The position numbers were made by a program, and so were the translations under genes. The notes under the pieces are model-generated. The model made no database searches and was not told the origin of the DNA. It saw only the letters and a list, made by a program, of their open reading frames with translations. This document shows, piece after piece, positions 9,233 to 17,562 of a DNA stretch of 64,000 bases. This DNA comes from Candidatus Binatia bacterium (GTDB lineage: Bacteria; Desulfobacterota; Binatia; UBA1149), in the NCBI GenBank assembly GCA_046754245.1, contig JBHHVL010000006.1:13859-77858 (forward strand), given 5' to 3'. Every line of letters starts with the position of its first letter. The stretch's first letter is position 1.

Positions 9233-11670
9233 GCGCGTCCGGCTCCGGACAGCATGTTCTCTCGCCGGGGGGTTTCGAGAACAAAGTCGAGAAGATCATG
9301 CATGCTGTCAACGTAGCGGAACTCAAGGCCGTGCTTGAGGTGCTCCTCTATCTCACCAACGTCCTTGGCGTTCCGCTGAGGAATGACCACCGTGCGAATC
9401 CCAGCGCGGCGTGCGGCCAACACCTTCTCTTTGATTCCCCCGACCGGGAGGATTGCTCCTCTAAGCGTAATTTCCCCCGTCATGGCGAGGCCCTCCCGCA
9501 GGGTTCTGGCGGTGAGAACCGACGCCATCGCAGCGAGCATGGTGCATCCCGCGGACGGGCCGTCCTTGGGAATCGCACCGGAAGGAACGTGGATGTGCAG
9601 ATCCGACCTCTCGAAGAAGTCGGAACGCAGGCTGTAGCGTTCCGCGTTGCTACGGAGAAAACTGAGCGCCGCCTGTGCCGATTCTTTCATGACGTCGCCA
9701 AGTTGACCGGTGAGGGAAAGCCCCTTCTTTCCTTCCATGAGCGACGCTTCCACGAAGAGGATTTCCCCTCCAAGCGGAGTCCAGGCCAACCCGACGGCAA
9801 CTCCAGGTCTCTGCTGTCCATCGGCAATCTCGGCCGTGAAACGGGCAGCGCCCAGGTAGCCTGAAAGTGTCTCATCGGTGACCGAGACCGGTTCCTTACG
9901 GCCTTCGGTAACCGCGCGGGCAACCTTGCGGCAGACGGCCCCGAGTTCCCTCTCGAGGTTGCGAAGGCCCGCCTCCCTAGTGTAGTCGCGAACGATCGCG
10001 AGGATTGCCTCGTCGGAGAACCCCAGCATTTTCGGGTTGAGGCCATTTTCTTCGATCTGCTTGGGCACCAGGTGTCGGCGGGCTATCTCGAGTTTTTCTT
10101 CTTCACAGTATCCGGACAGCTCCAGCACCTCCATGCGGTCCCTGAGTGCAGGCGGTATGGGGTCGAGATAGTTGGCCGTGGTGAGAAATAGGACCTTCGA
10201 GAGATCGAGCGGAACGTCGAGGTAGTGGTCCCTGAAACTGTTGTTCTGCTCGGGATCGAGCACTTCCAAAAGGGCCGAAGAGGGATCCCCCCGGACGTCA
10301 CTACCCATCTTGTCTATTTCATCCAACATGAATACCGGGTTGATCGAACCGGCTAGCTTGAGGGCCTGAACGACACGACCCGGCATGGAGCCTACGTAGG
10401 TTCGCCGGTGGCCACGTATTTCCGCTTCGTCGCGCACGCCGCCAAGGGACACCCTGTGAAATTTTCTCCCCATCGCTCGCGCGATCGAACGACCCAGCGA
10501 CGTTTTGCCCACGCCGGGTGGACCGGCGAAACAGAGGATCGGACCACGCGAGTGGCTGCGCAGTTGACGCACGGCGAGAAACTCGAGTATACGTTCCTTG
10601 ATTTTTTCAAGACCGTAGTGGTCTTCGTCGAGTATTCCTTTGGCGTGCGCGATCTCAAGGTTGTCCTGGGTTGTGACCGACCAGGGAATATCGGCTAGCC
10701 ACTCCACGTAGGTACGCACCACGCTGTGTTCGGCCGACTCGGGAGGAATGAGGGCGAGGCGGTCAAGTTCGGCCTCCGCGACCTTGCGCGCTTCTTCGGG
10801 CAATCTGGCCTCGAAGATCCTTTGCGCGAGCATCTCGGTCTCGCTGCTCAGCCCCTCGCTTTCCCCTAGCTCCTTGCGTATCGCTTTGAGTTGCTGCCGG
10901 AGATAGAATTCCTTTTGATTTCGATGCAGCTCCGACTGAACCTGGCCATGAATCTGCTGCCCCAGTTCTAGCAGCTCGACTTCCCGCTCCAGTATCGACG
11001 TCAGCTGAGTGAGTCTCGGGCGGACCTCCAAGGTCTCGAGAATCGCCTGTTTTTCCTCTACCGGGAGGTTCAAGTTGGCGGCAATCAGATCGGCGACCTT
11101 TCCCGGGCTGCGAATGTTGACCGCCACGACCTGGAGCTCATCTGGAATATACGGAGTGAGTTCTACCAACCGAGCGAACGACTGAAGCGCCCTGGTCTTC
11201 ATCGCCGCTACCTCGACGCCCGAATCATCGCGGTCCTGGAGTAAGGTTACTGTTGCTCTCAGGTAGGGTTTGACCTGCAAGAACTCCCCCAGCTCAAGCC
11301 GCCTGACCCCCTGCACGAGGATACGGATGCTGCCGTCGGGGTATTTGAGCATCTTGAGAATTCTTCCGGCGCACCCTCGCGGGTAAACGTCGCTAGGGCC
11401 GGGATCGTCAATTTCGGCCGCGCGCTGGGCGTTGAGCGCTATCACCCGGTCTCCGAGTAGAGCCTCTTCGACCAGGGCGAGTGACGAATCGCGTGAAATG
11501 AGCAGTGGAACGACGGCCGACGGAAATACGGCCACGCCGCGCAGCGGCAATACCGGAAGCTCGCGGGCTACCGCGATGTCATCGACTTCTTCTTCGAAGC
11601 CGAACCACTGGCCTTTGCTCTGTGAGCCCTCGTCGGCACCGTCAAGGCGCCATTCCCGCTCCTCGCCCAC
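9229..11670 (-). CDS. lon: ATP-dependent Lon protease
   Basis: Lon N-domain ([13 protein letters not shown]), AAA+ Walker [10 protein letters not shown], and proteolytic-domain [11 protein letters not shown] with the catalytic Ser. I place the start at the GTG at 11670, which is preceded by GGGAGG with a 7-nt spacer, giving 814 aa. The listed 953-aa ORF adds a low-complexity N-terminal extension. Confidence 0.9.
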   Translation of the reverse strand: MGEEREWRLDGADEGSQSKGQWFGFEEEVDDIAVARELPVLPLRGVAVFPSAVVPLLISRDSSLALVEEALLGDRVIALNAQRAAEIDDPGPSDVYPRGCAGRILKMLKYPDGSIRILVQGVRRLELGEFLQVKPYLRATVTLLQDRDDSGVEVAAMKTRALQSFARLVELTPYIPDELQVVAVNIRSPGKVADLIAANLNLPVEEKQAILETLEVRPRLTQLTSILEREVELLELGQQIHGQVQSELHRNQKEFYLRQQLKAIRKELGESEGLSSETEMLAQRIFEARLPEEARKVAEAELDRLALIPPESAEHSVVRTYVEWLADIPWSVTTQDNLEIAHAKGILDEDHYGLEKIKERILEFLAVRQLRSHSRGPILCFAGPPGVGKTSLGRSIARAMGRKFHRVSLGGVRDEAEIRGHRRTYVGSMPGRVVQALKLAGSINPVFMLDEIDKMGSDVRGDPSSALLEVLDPEQNNSFRDHYLDVPLDLSKVLFLTTANYLDPIPPALRDRMEVLELSGYCEEEKLEIARRHLVPKQIEENGLNPKMLGFSDEAILAIVRDYTREAGLRNLERELGAVCRKVARAVTEGRKEPVSVTDETLSGYLGAARFTAEIADGQQRPGVAVGLAWTPLGGEILFVEASLMEGKKGLSLTGQLGDVMKESAQAALSFLRSNAERYSLRSDFFERSDLHIHVPSGAIPKDGPSAGCTMLAAMASVLTARTLREGLAMTGEITLRGAILPVGGIKEKVLAARRAGIRTVVIPQRNAKDVGEIEEHLKHGLEFRYVDSMHDLLDFVLETPRRENMLSGAGRA

Positions 11671-11813
11671 TTCACCGCCTCCCGTAGAGTCCCATCGAGC
11701 GTTCCAAGAACGATTAATGATACACGCCTCTATGCTGAGATACACGCCGAAGATGTGCAGTAATCGACACCACGGCTCGGGACCGATAATCTGTACTGGC
11801 GGGTTGCGCAATC

Positions 11814-12314
11814 GTGGAGTTCGGCCAGGAGGGGAAGTTGGCAAACCTTGATCAAAATCCCGGCGGCAATACTTTCGCGAAGAGCCTCTTCCTCTTTGGA
11901 CTGGTGGGATGGGTGGGATCCGCCTGGTTCTTCTCGTTACTGGTGCTACCTCAGCTCTTTGCCAATCTCGACCGGCCGGAAGCCGGCCGCGTGGCGGCCT
12001 TGCTGTTCCCCTCATACTACTGGTTGGGTCTGATAGCGGGACTGCTGGTGCTCGTGGCCTCGTTGATGCTGGCGACAAGGGCCCGAACAAGTTTCGCTTG
12101 GAAACTCGCCACGGCTACGGTCGCGATGATGTTCGTCTGTCAGGCTTGGGCAACACTTGTTCTCCAGCCTCGAGCCGCCGCGATGAGAGGAAAGCCTGAG
12201 TATCGGCAGAACTTTGCGCGGGTGCACCACCGTGCCGTACTACTTAACGGATTCGTCGTGTCGGGTGGTACGGTTCTTGTGCTGTGCGGAGGCTTGCTTC
12301 TTGCCAAGCACTGA
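11814..12314 (+). CDS. DUF4149 (TMEM205-like) membrane protein
   Basis: 166 aa, 4 predicted TM helices; the pattern LLFPSYYWLGL...ATLVLQP resembles the DUF4149 family. Divergent from lon; start may be internal. Confidence 0.55.
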   Translation: MEFGQEGKLANLDQNPGGNTFAKSLFLFGLVGWVGSAWFFSLLVLPQLFANLDRPEAGRVAALLFPSYYWLGLIAGLLVLVASLMLATRARTSFAWKLATATVAMMFVCQAWATLVLQPRAAAMRGKPEYRQNFARVHHRAVLLNGFVVSGGTVLVLCGGLLLAKH

Positions 12315-13086
12315 TGAGGAACCCAGGGCGCTGCTTTTCGATCTCTTCGGCACCCTGGTTTGTTTCGATCTTTCGCGTCTCCCTAGCGTCGAGGTCGACG
12401 GACGAACCCAGGTCGTCACGATACCGGGACTCTCGTCCCTACTGGACTCGCTGCGCCCGCCACTGGCCCTCTCCGAATTCCTCCACGGACTTGCCAAAGT
12501 CTCGGAAGACATACGGAACCAAGCCGCGGTCGATAACCGCGAAGTGAGTTCCGTACACCGTTTTAGGCGGACCCTGGTCGCGCTGGGAGTAGGGGGCGAT
12601 GTTGACGCGGCTGCACGGGAGTTCACCCGTCGACACATGCGAGGTTTGGAAACCGCCGTTTATTGCCCCCCTTTGCGCCGCGCGATGCTCGAGCGCGTAG
12701 CCAGTCGTTACCGCACCGGCCTGATCTCGAATTTTGACCACGCTCCGACCGCCCTTGCGATTCTCCATCGCTGGGGACTCGCCGATCTTCTCGAGGTGGT
12801 GCTCATCTCGGACGCGGTCGGCACGCGCAAGCCATCCAGACGGATCTTTCGGTTGGCATCGCAGAAGCTCGGCCTGAGGGCGCAGGACTGCCTCTACATC
12901 GGGGACTCGCTGGTGACAGACGTGGAGGGTGCGGTAGCCTCGGGCATGCGCGCGCTGTGGATCAGCGCCGACGCCACGCCTGGCCATTCCGCGCTAGGGG
13001 TGCTCGCCGACGCGGCAGAACTCGTCGCCTGGCTCAACGACCATTACGAGGCTGGCCTCACGGCGCCAAGCGGCGCACGACAGTAA
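12301..13086 (+). CDS. HAD-superfamily hydrolase, subfamily IA (2-haloacid dehalogenase-like)
   Basis: Motif I LLFDLFGTL (the DxYGT variant of haloacid dehalogenases), motif II ISNFD, motif III RKP, motif IV YIGDSLVTDVEGA. Start uncertain (TTG at 12301 or upstream within ORF 12214..). Confidence 0.65.
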   Translation: MPSTDEEPRALLFDLFGTLVCFDLSRLPSVEVDGRTQVVTIPGLSSLLDSLRPPLALSEFLHGLAKVSEDIRNQAAVDNREVSSVHRFRRTLVALGVGGDVDAAAREFTRRHMRGLETAVYCPPLRRAMLERVASRYRTGLISNFDHAPTALAILHRWGLADLLEVVLISDAVGTRKPSRRIFRLASQKLGLRAQDCLYIGDSLVTDVEGAVASGMRALWISADATPGHSALGVLADAAELVAWLNDHYEAGLTAPSGARQ

Positions 13087-13837
13087 CAAAGCCGGTGTGC
13101 CCCACCATGCGTTGGTCAGGCCTGACACTGGGCGGATCGACGTGCCAGCTACGTTCCAACAGCTCCCATGTTTGGGCAGAGCCCCAAAGCGGGTGAACTC
13201 GCAGCGCCTCGTGGAGGTCACGTATCTGCAGCACCGTGGGCAAGTAACAGATCAGGATTCCCCCGGGACGCAGCGCTTGGGCGATGCAACCGAGTAGCCG
13301 CTGGGGTTCGGGAATGTCGGTGATGACTCGGTCCACATCGCGCTCGTCGAAGCCATCGTCTGCGTTTCGAACCTTGACGGTCCAGTTCGGGGTTTCGCCC
13401 CAGAATCGCTCGACGTTGCTGCAGGCGTGCTGTGCGAGATCGGCGCGGGCTTCGTAGCTGACGAGAGAACCGCTCGGCCCGATAACCCGCAGCAAAGCCA
13501 TCGAGAGCGCGCCGGCGCCCACGCCCAGCTCCAGAAGCCGTTGACCCGACATTATATCGCCGCGGGTGAGAACCACGCCGATGTCTTTGGAGAACAGGGG
13601 TTCCGCCGAACGCGGAATCTGGGGCAGGAGCTCCGCCAGCGTGGGCCGGAAGACGCGGAAATACTCCTTTTTCGATCCGATCAGCGACCCCTCGGATCTT
13701 CCGATCAGGCTGTCGGCCTTGATCACGGATCCCCGAATGGTAATGCGATGGCCGGTCCTCAGGATCTTAATGTAACGCCGGCCCTGGCGATCGACCAATG
13801 CGATGGCTTCGCCGGCCCTTAGCACGCCCGATTCCAT
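13058..13837 (-). CDS. trmI: tRNA (adenine-N1)-methyltransferase TrmI (GCD14 family)
   Basis: SAM-binding LELGVGAGALS and the TrmI-like RTGHRITIRG region; the ATG at 13837 (MESGVLRAGEAIALVD) gives 260 aa. Confidence 0.8.
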   Translation of the reverse strand: MESGVLRAGEAIALVDRQGRRYIKILRTGHRITIRGSVIKADSLIGRSEGSLIGSKKEYFRVFRPTLAELLPQIPRSAEPLFSKDIGVVLTRGDIMSGQRLLELGVGAGALSMALLRVIGPSGSLVSYEARADLAQHACSNVERFWGETPNWTVKVRNADDGFDERDVDRVITDIPEPQRLLGCIAQALRPGGILICYLPTVLQIRDLHEALRVHPLWGSAQTWELLERSWHVDPPSVRPDQRMVGHTGFVTVVRRLAP

Positions 13838-13899
13838 GAAGAGCCCGAAGGTGATCGAATTGCTGGGGATTTGCAAAGCGGGCCCGCGTCGACGTAACT

Positions 13900-13928
13900 T
13901 GCAAGGCGACTCGACTACCCCTACAGTA
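13900..13928 (+). promoter_or_regulatory. predicted sigma70-type promoter (TTGCAA-17 nt-TACAGT)
   Basis: -35 TTGCAA at 13900-13905, exactly 17-nt spacer, -10 TACAGT at 13923-13928, in the 310-nt intergenic region upstream of the small Cys-rich ORFs. Pattern match only. Confidence 0.25.
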
Positions 13929-14151
13929 TGCGGTCTTGCGCGCCCGCCGGCGTGTAAGGGAAATACGATTCGGAGGGCTGATCGAAATGGCGGCGACAAG
14001 GGCGAGGACTCAGACCGGCGACGAACCGCGGTTTCCGGATTGTGGTGCTGAGGTTCGGGTAGCGCGTTGCGCTGGGGATGGAGTAACCGGTCTATTCTGG
14101 CTATGTGACAATACTTGTGGCTTTCGTCGCCGAACCCGACAATAGCGCCTG

Positions 14152-14568
14152 ATGGCGAGCGGCAGGAAAAAGGGGCCGTCCACCCGGGCCACGGGTTTCA
14201 GTCTCTTCGACGACCCCCCCGTCAGCCCGCAGATCGACGATGACCGCCCCCTGGGTGAAGCTGGCCGTCAGAAGATCAAGAAACAGTACGTCGAGTTGCT
14301 CGGGATCCGTAAGGAGAAACTCAAGGGCCGCATCCTCAACCGCGAACGAATCAACAAGGAAGTAGAAGGGATATACTTCATCTGCGTGTCCTGCGAGCAG
14401 ATTTGCCACAACCTCGATGAAGGGCTCGTCGAAGACGAGAACAACGAGAAGAATGTCTGTGTCGCCTGCGACAAAGCGGCCAAGTCTCCGACCAAGCAGC
14501 TCTCCAAGGCGGATGGCCGCAGCCACCGCAAGGCGTCGAAAAGCACCAACAAGAAGCGAAGCCGTTAG
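14152..14568 (+). CDS. hypothetical C4 zinc-ribbon protein with lysine-rich tail (possibly DksA/TraR-like zinc finger)
   Basis: 138-aa ORF. CxxC...CxxC arrangement (CVSCEQIC...21 aa...CVACDK) and basic tail KRSR; coding-like codon usage. No confident family assignment. Confidence 0.45.
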   Translation: MASGRKKGPSTRATGFSLFDDPPVSPQIDDDRPLGEAGRQKIKKQYVELLGIRKEKLKGRILNRERINKEVEGIYFICVSCEQICHNLDEGLVEDENNEKNVCVACDKAAKSPTKQLSKADGRSHRKASKSTNKKRSR

Positions 14569-15497
14569 GAGTTCTCAGCGGTAGACAGACATGGAACACC
14601 GTAGTGGCGGAGCAGCGCAAGCGCACGAACGAAATCTGACGGAACGGCCGCGCTGACGTCGGGCCCCCGGGGTAACACGACGCGCATGGCGTGGAGAAGC
14701 TGCCCGGATCGCGTATGCGCGGGGGCAGGGAGGTCTCCGTAAACCAAGTCGCCAATGATGGGGTAGCCTGACCAAGCCAGGTGGGCGCGTATCTGGTGCG
14801 GCGCGCCAGTCCGAATCAGAGCGGTTACCAAGGTCCACCCCCTGCCAGTCTCCAGAGGACGAATCGAAGTGTGAGCCGGTAGCCCTTGCTCGCCTGGCCG
14901 CGGCGGGCGAACGCCCGTGCGACGCCGCACTATCGGGGTATCGGACTCGAACCCCCGATCGAGTTCCCCGGCTACAATCGCGAGGTAGTGCTTGACGACC
15001 CGATGTTCGTGAAACGCTCGTCGAAGGTCAAGAAAGCGGCGCCGGCTACGGGCCACAACGAGAACGCCTGAAGTATCGAGGTCGAGGCGATGGACGATTC
15101 CGCCTTCTTCGGGTCGCGTGCCCGCCGCGAGCGTTTCCGGATAACGGGAAGCCGTAAATGCGGTAACGCTGGGTCTTCGCCGACCGCTGTGCGAATGAAG
15201 TCCGGCCGGCTTTTGGAGCACGGCGAGGTCCGTACGTTCCAGGATGACCTGCGCGGTCGCGAGTTCCGGTTGCCCGCTCGCGACCAACGAGCCCTCTGGC
15301 AGGGCTACGGTCACCATCGAACCAGCCCCTGGTACGAATGAACCAGGACGCCGCCGGCCGTCGACCAGAATCGCGCCCTCCGAAATGAGTTTCCGAGCGC
15401 AACGTCTTCCACAGGCCAGGTGGTCGGCCAAGAGCCGGTCGAGCCGGTGTCGGCCGCCGCTTACCCGGAACGACCCGCCCTGAACCAGCTCGGACAT
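14565..15497 (-). CDS. RluA-family 23S rRNA/tRNA pseudouridine synthase (RluD/RluC-like)
   Basis: 310 aa with an S4-like N-terminus and the catalytic motif HRLDLDTSGVLVVA. Confidence 0.85.
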   Translation of the reverse strand: MSELVQGGSFRVSGGRHRLDRLLADHLACGRRCARKLISEGAILVDGRRRPGSFVPGAGSMVTVALPEGSLVASGQPELATAQVILERTDLAVLQKPAGLHSHSGRRRPSVTAFTASRYPETLAAGTRPEEGGIVHRLDLDTSGVLVVARSRRRFLDLRRAFHEHRVVKHYLAIVAGELDRGFESDTPIVRRRTGVRPPRPGEQGLPAHTSIRPLETGRGWTLVTALIRTGAPHQIRAHLAWSGYPIIGDLVYGDLPAPAHTRSGQLLHAMRVVLPRGPDVSAAVPSDFVRALALLRHYGVPCLSTAENS

Positions 15498-15499
15498 CG

Positions 15500-16324
15500 T
15501 TACTCTTCGCCGACCTCGACTTCCAGGTTCTCGTAGACGATCTGGTAGATCCTGGATGAAATCAACAGGCTGTTGTGCCCGAGAGCTGAGACCGTGACGT
15601 TCATGGCCGGCGCGTAATAGGAACGGTCGACCGGGAAGACGATCGCGTCAAAGGTCGATCCGATCGAGGTCACCCGAACCCTGTCTGCAAGGGCGTCGTC
15701 TGCCTCCAGCCGCTGCAGGTAACGAGACCCCGGCCTGAGCCCGGTCATCCCCCGAGACCGGCTGAGCATCGCGAGGTTGGTTCCTTTGTGCGGAGACCCC
15801 AGCGTTACGACGTTCCCCAACCGCAGCAGGCTGTTCCTGTCCCGCGCGAGGTCACGGACGAGCACACCCCCCAGGCTGTGTGCGACGACGTCTACCCGAC
15901 CAGAGGGACTTTCGCGCGCCAACTCCTCAAGACATCGGGCAATCTGGACGGTCTTGTTTTCGTTTGATTCGGCCAGACTCGGATAGTTGATCGACCAAGT
16001 ACGGCGGCCGTCGCGCCGCAACCTAGCGGCGAGCAAGGCCATGCTCGCCCGGTTTTGGGCCCAACCGTGGACGAGAAGTACCGGCCTCGCCTTGGAATTG
16101 CCTCCACCCTTAGGTCCCGTCGAGAAGAGGCCAAATGGAAAGGCGCTGAGTCCAAGCAGGATGACCAGAAACTCCCCCACCCAGGCCATGAAAAGAACAA
16201 CGGCGGATTCCTCGCCTAGTCGGGTTTGCCGGCGCGAGCGCGAGTCATAGATGAAAATCAAGTAGGTCCCCCCGTGGAAAACGAGAGCCAAGAAGACGAT
16301 CAGCCACAAAACGTTGCTCAGCAT
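15500..16324 (-). CDS. alpha/beta hydrolase (lipase/esterase-like) with N-terminal TM anchor
   Basis: GxSxG nucleophile elbow AHSLGG, oxyanion-hole-like LVHGW, and an N-terminal hydrophobic helix. Confidence 0.75.
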   Translation of the reverse strand: MLSNVLWLIVFLALVFHGGTYLIFIYDSRSRRQTRLGEESAVVLFMAWVGEFLVILLGLSAFPFGLFSTGPKGGGNSKARPVLLVHGWAQNRASMALLAARLRRDGRRTWSINYPSLAESNENKTVQIARCLEELARESPSGRVDVVAHSLGGVLVRDLARDRNSLLRLGNVVTLGSPHKGTNLAMLSRSRGMTGLRPGSRYLQRLEADDALADRVRVTSIGSTFDAIVFPVDRSYYAPAMNVTVSALGHNSLLISSRIYQIVYENLEVEVGEE

Positions 16325-16436
16325 GCAGCGTGAAACTAGACGTGCGAAACGCGCAAGGCAAAAAGGTCCAGCCCCGCGACAACTTGATTTTGCGGAGGCG
16401 GGCGCTGATTATTCCCAGTCTGACAGGCACTGTGTC

Positions 16437-17528
16437 ATGCGTTTTTCCCCTGTACCATTCAAGAAGCGCTTCGTGGTCATCATGGCGGGCGGGGTAGGTA
16501 GCCGTTTTTGGCCGCTCAGTCGCGAAGATCGGCCCAAACAGCTGCTCAGACTCGTCGGTTCAAAGAGCATGCTCCAGCAGGCGGCGCAACGGGTTCGGCG
16601 CCTCGTTCCTATTGAGAACCTCCTCGTCGTCACCTCGGTGCGGCTGCGCAAGGCCGTGATCGCCGACCTGCCCTGGTTGCCGAAAACCTGCGTCTTCGCG
16701 GAACCGGAGGGTCGCAATACGGCACCCTGTGTGGGTTGGGCCGCGCTGGAAGTGCGGTGCAGGGAGTCTGACGGGGTGATGGTGGTGCTCGCTGCGGACC
16801 ACCTGGTATCTCCGCAGGCACGTTTTCTCGCCGACCTACGACGCGCGCTCAGCGTCGCGTGGCACGAAAAACGCTTGGTAACCTTCGGCATAGTCCCGAC
16901 CGAGCCGTCCACCGGCTACGGTTACATCCGGGCCGGCAAGGTGTTTGGCCAGGGCGCCCGTGAGGCCGTAGCCTTTCACGAAAAGCCCGCTGCGAAAGTA
17001 GCCAAGCGTTACGTTGCCGACCCGGATTTCTTCTGGAACAGTGGGATGTTTGCCTGGAGAGCCGATACCATCCTTCGGGAAATCCAAGCCAGCCTCCCGG
17101 CACTCTACGACGGCCTGATGGCACTCGAAAAATCTCGCACCCGAGGACGTATCCCAGCGGCCGTCCTGGCGCGAGGGTATCCGGCGTTGCCCTCGATCTC
17201 GGTGGATCACGGGGTGATGGAGAGTTCACGCAGGGTCGCCGTACTGACGGCGTCGTTCGAGTGGAGCGACGTGGGCAGCTGGGATGCCCTCCACGACCTT
17301 CTGCCCGATGACGGAAACGGCAACCATTCACGAGATCCCATGACGGCTCTGGATTCAACCGGCAATCTCGTCTTCAGTGGCGGCAAACCTGTCGCGCTGG
17401 TAGGAGTTGAGGGACTCGTGGTTGTCGACAGTGGCGATGCCCTGCTCGTCTGCAGGCGGGACCGTAGCCAAGAAGTTCGTGAGGTCGTGTCGCGTTTGAA
17501 GAGCACGGGGAACAAGAAGCTGCTATGA
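16437..17528 (+). CDS. manC: mannose-1-phosphate guanylyltransferase (GDP-mannose pyrophosphorylase)
   Basis: Nucleotidyltransferase motif IMAGGVGSRFWPLSR. The listed ORF starts at a TTG at 16314; the likely ATG start is 16437. Confidence 0.85.
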   Translation: MRFSPVPFKKRFVVIMAGGVGSRFWPLSREDRPKQLLRLVGSKSMLQQAAQRVRRLVPIENLLVVTSVRLRKAVIADLPWLPKTCVFAEPEGRNTAPCVGWAALEVRCRESDGVMVVLAADHLVSPQARFLADLRRALSVAWHEKRLVTFGIVPTEPSTGYGYIRAGKVFGQGAREAVAFHEKPAAKVAKRYVADPDFFWNSGMFAWRADTILREIQASLPALYDGLMALEKSRTRGRIPAAVLARGYPALPSISVDHGVMESSRRVAVLTASFEWSDVGSWDALHDLLPDDGNGNHSRDPMTALDSTGNLVFSGGKPVALVGVEGLVVVDSGDALLVCRRDRSQEVREVVSRLKSTGNKKLL

Positions 17529-17562
17529 TTCCCGCATGCCCGGTCGGCGTCACGCTTGAATC

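Noticed and set aside
16314-16436. Upstream extension of manC starting at a TTG inside the divergent lipase gene start region
   Set aside because: The nucleotidyltransferase homology begins at the ATG at 16437 (MRFSPVPFKKRFVVIMAGG). The extension is Arg-rich and low-complexity.
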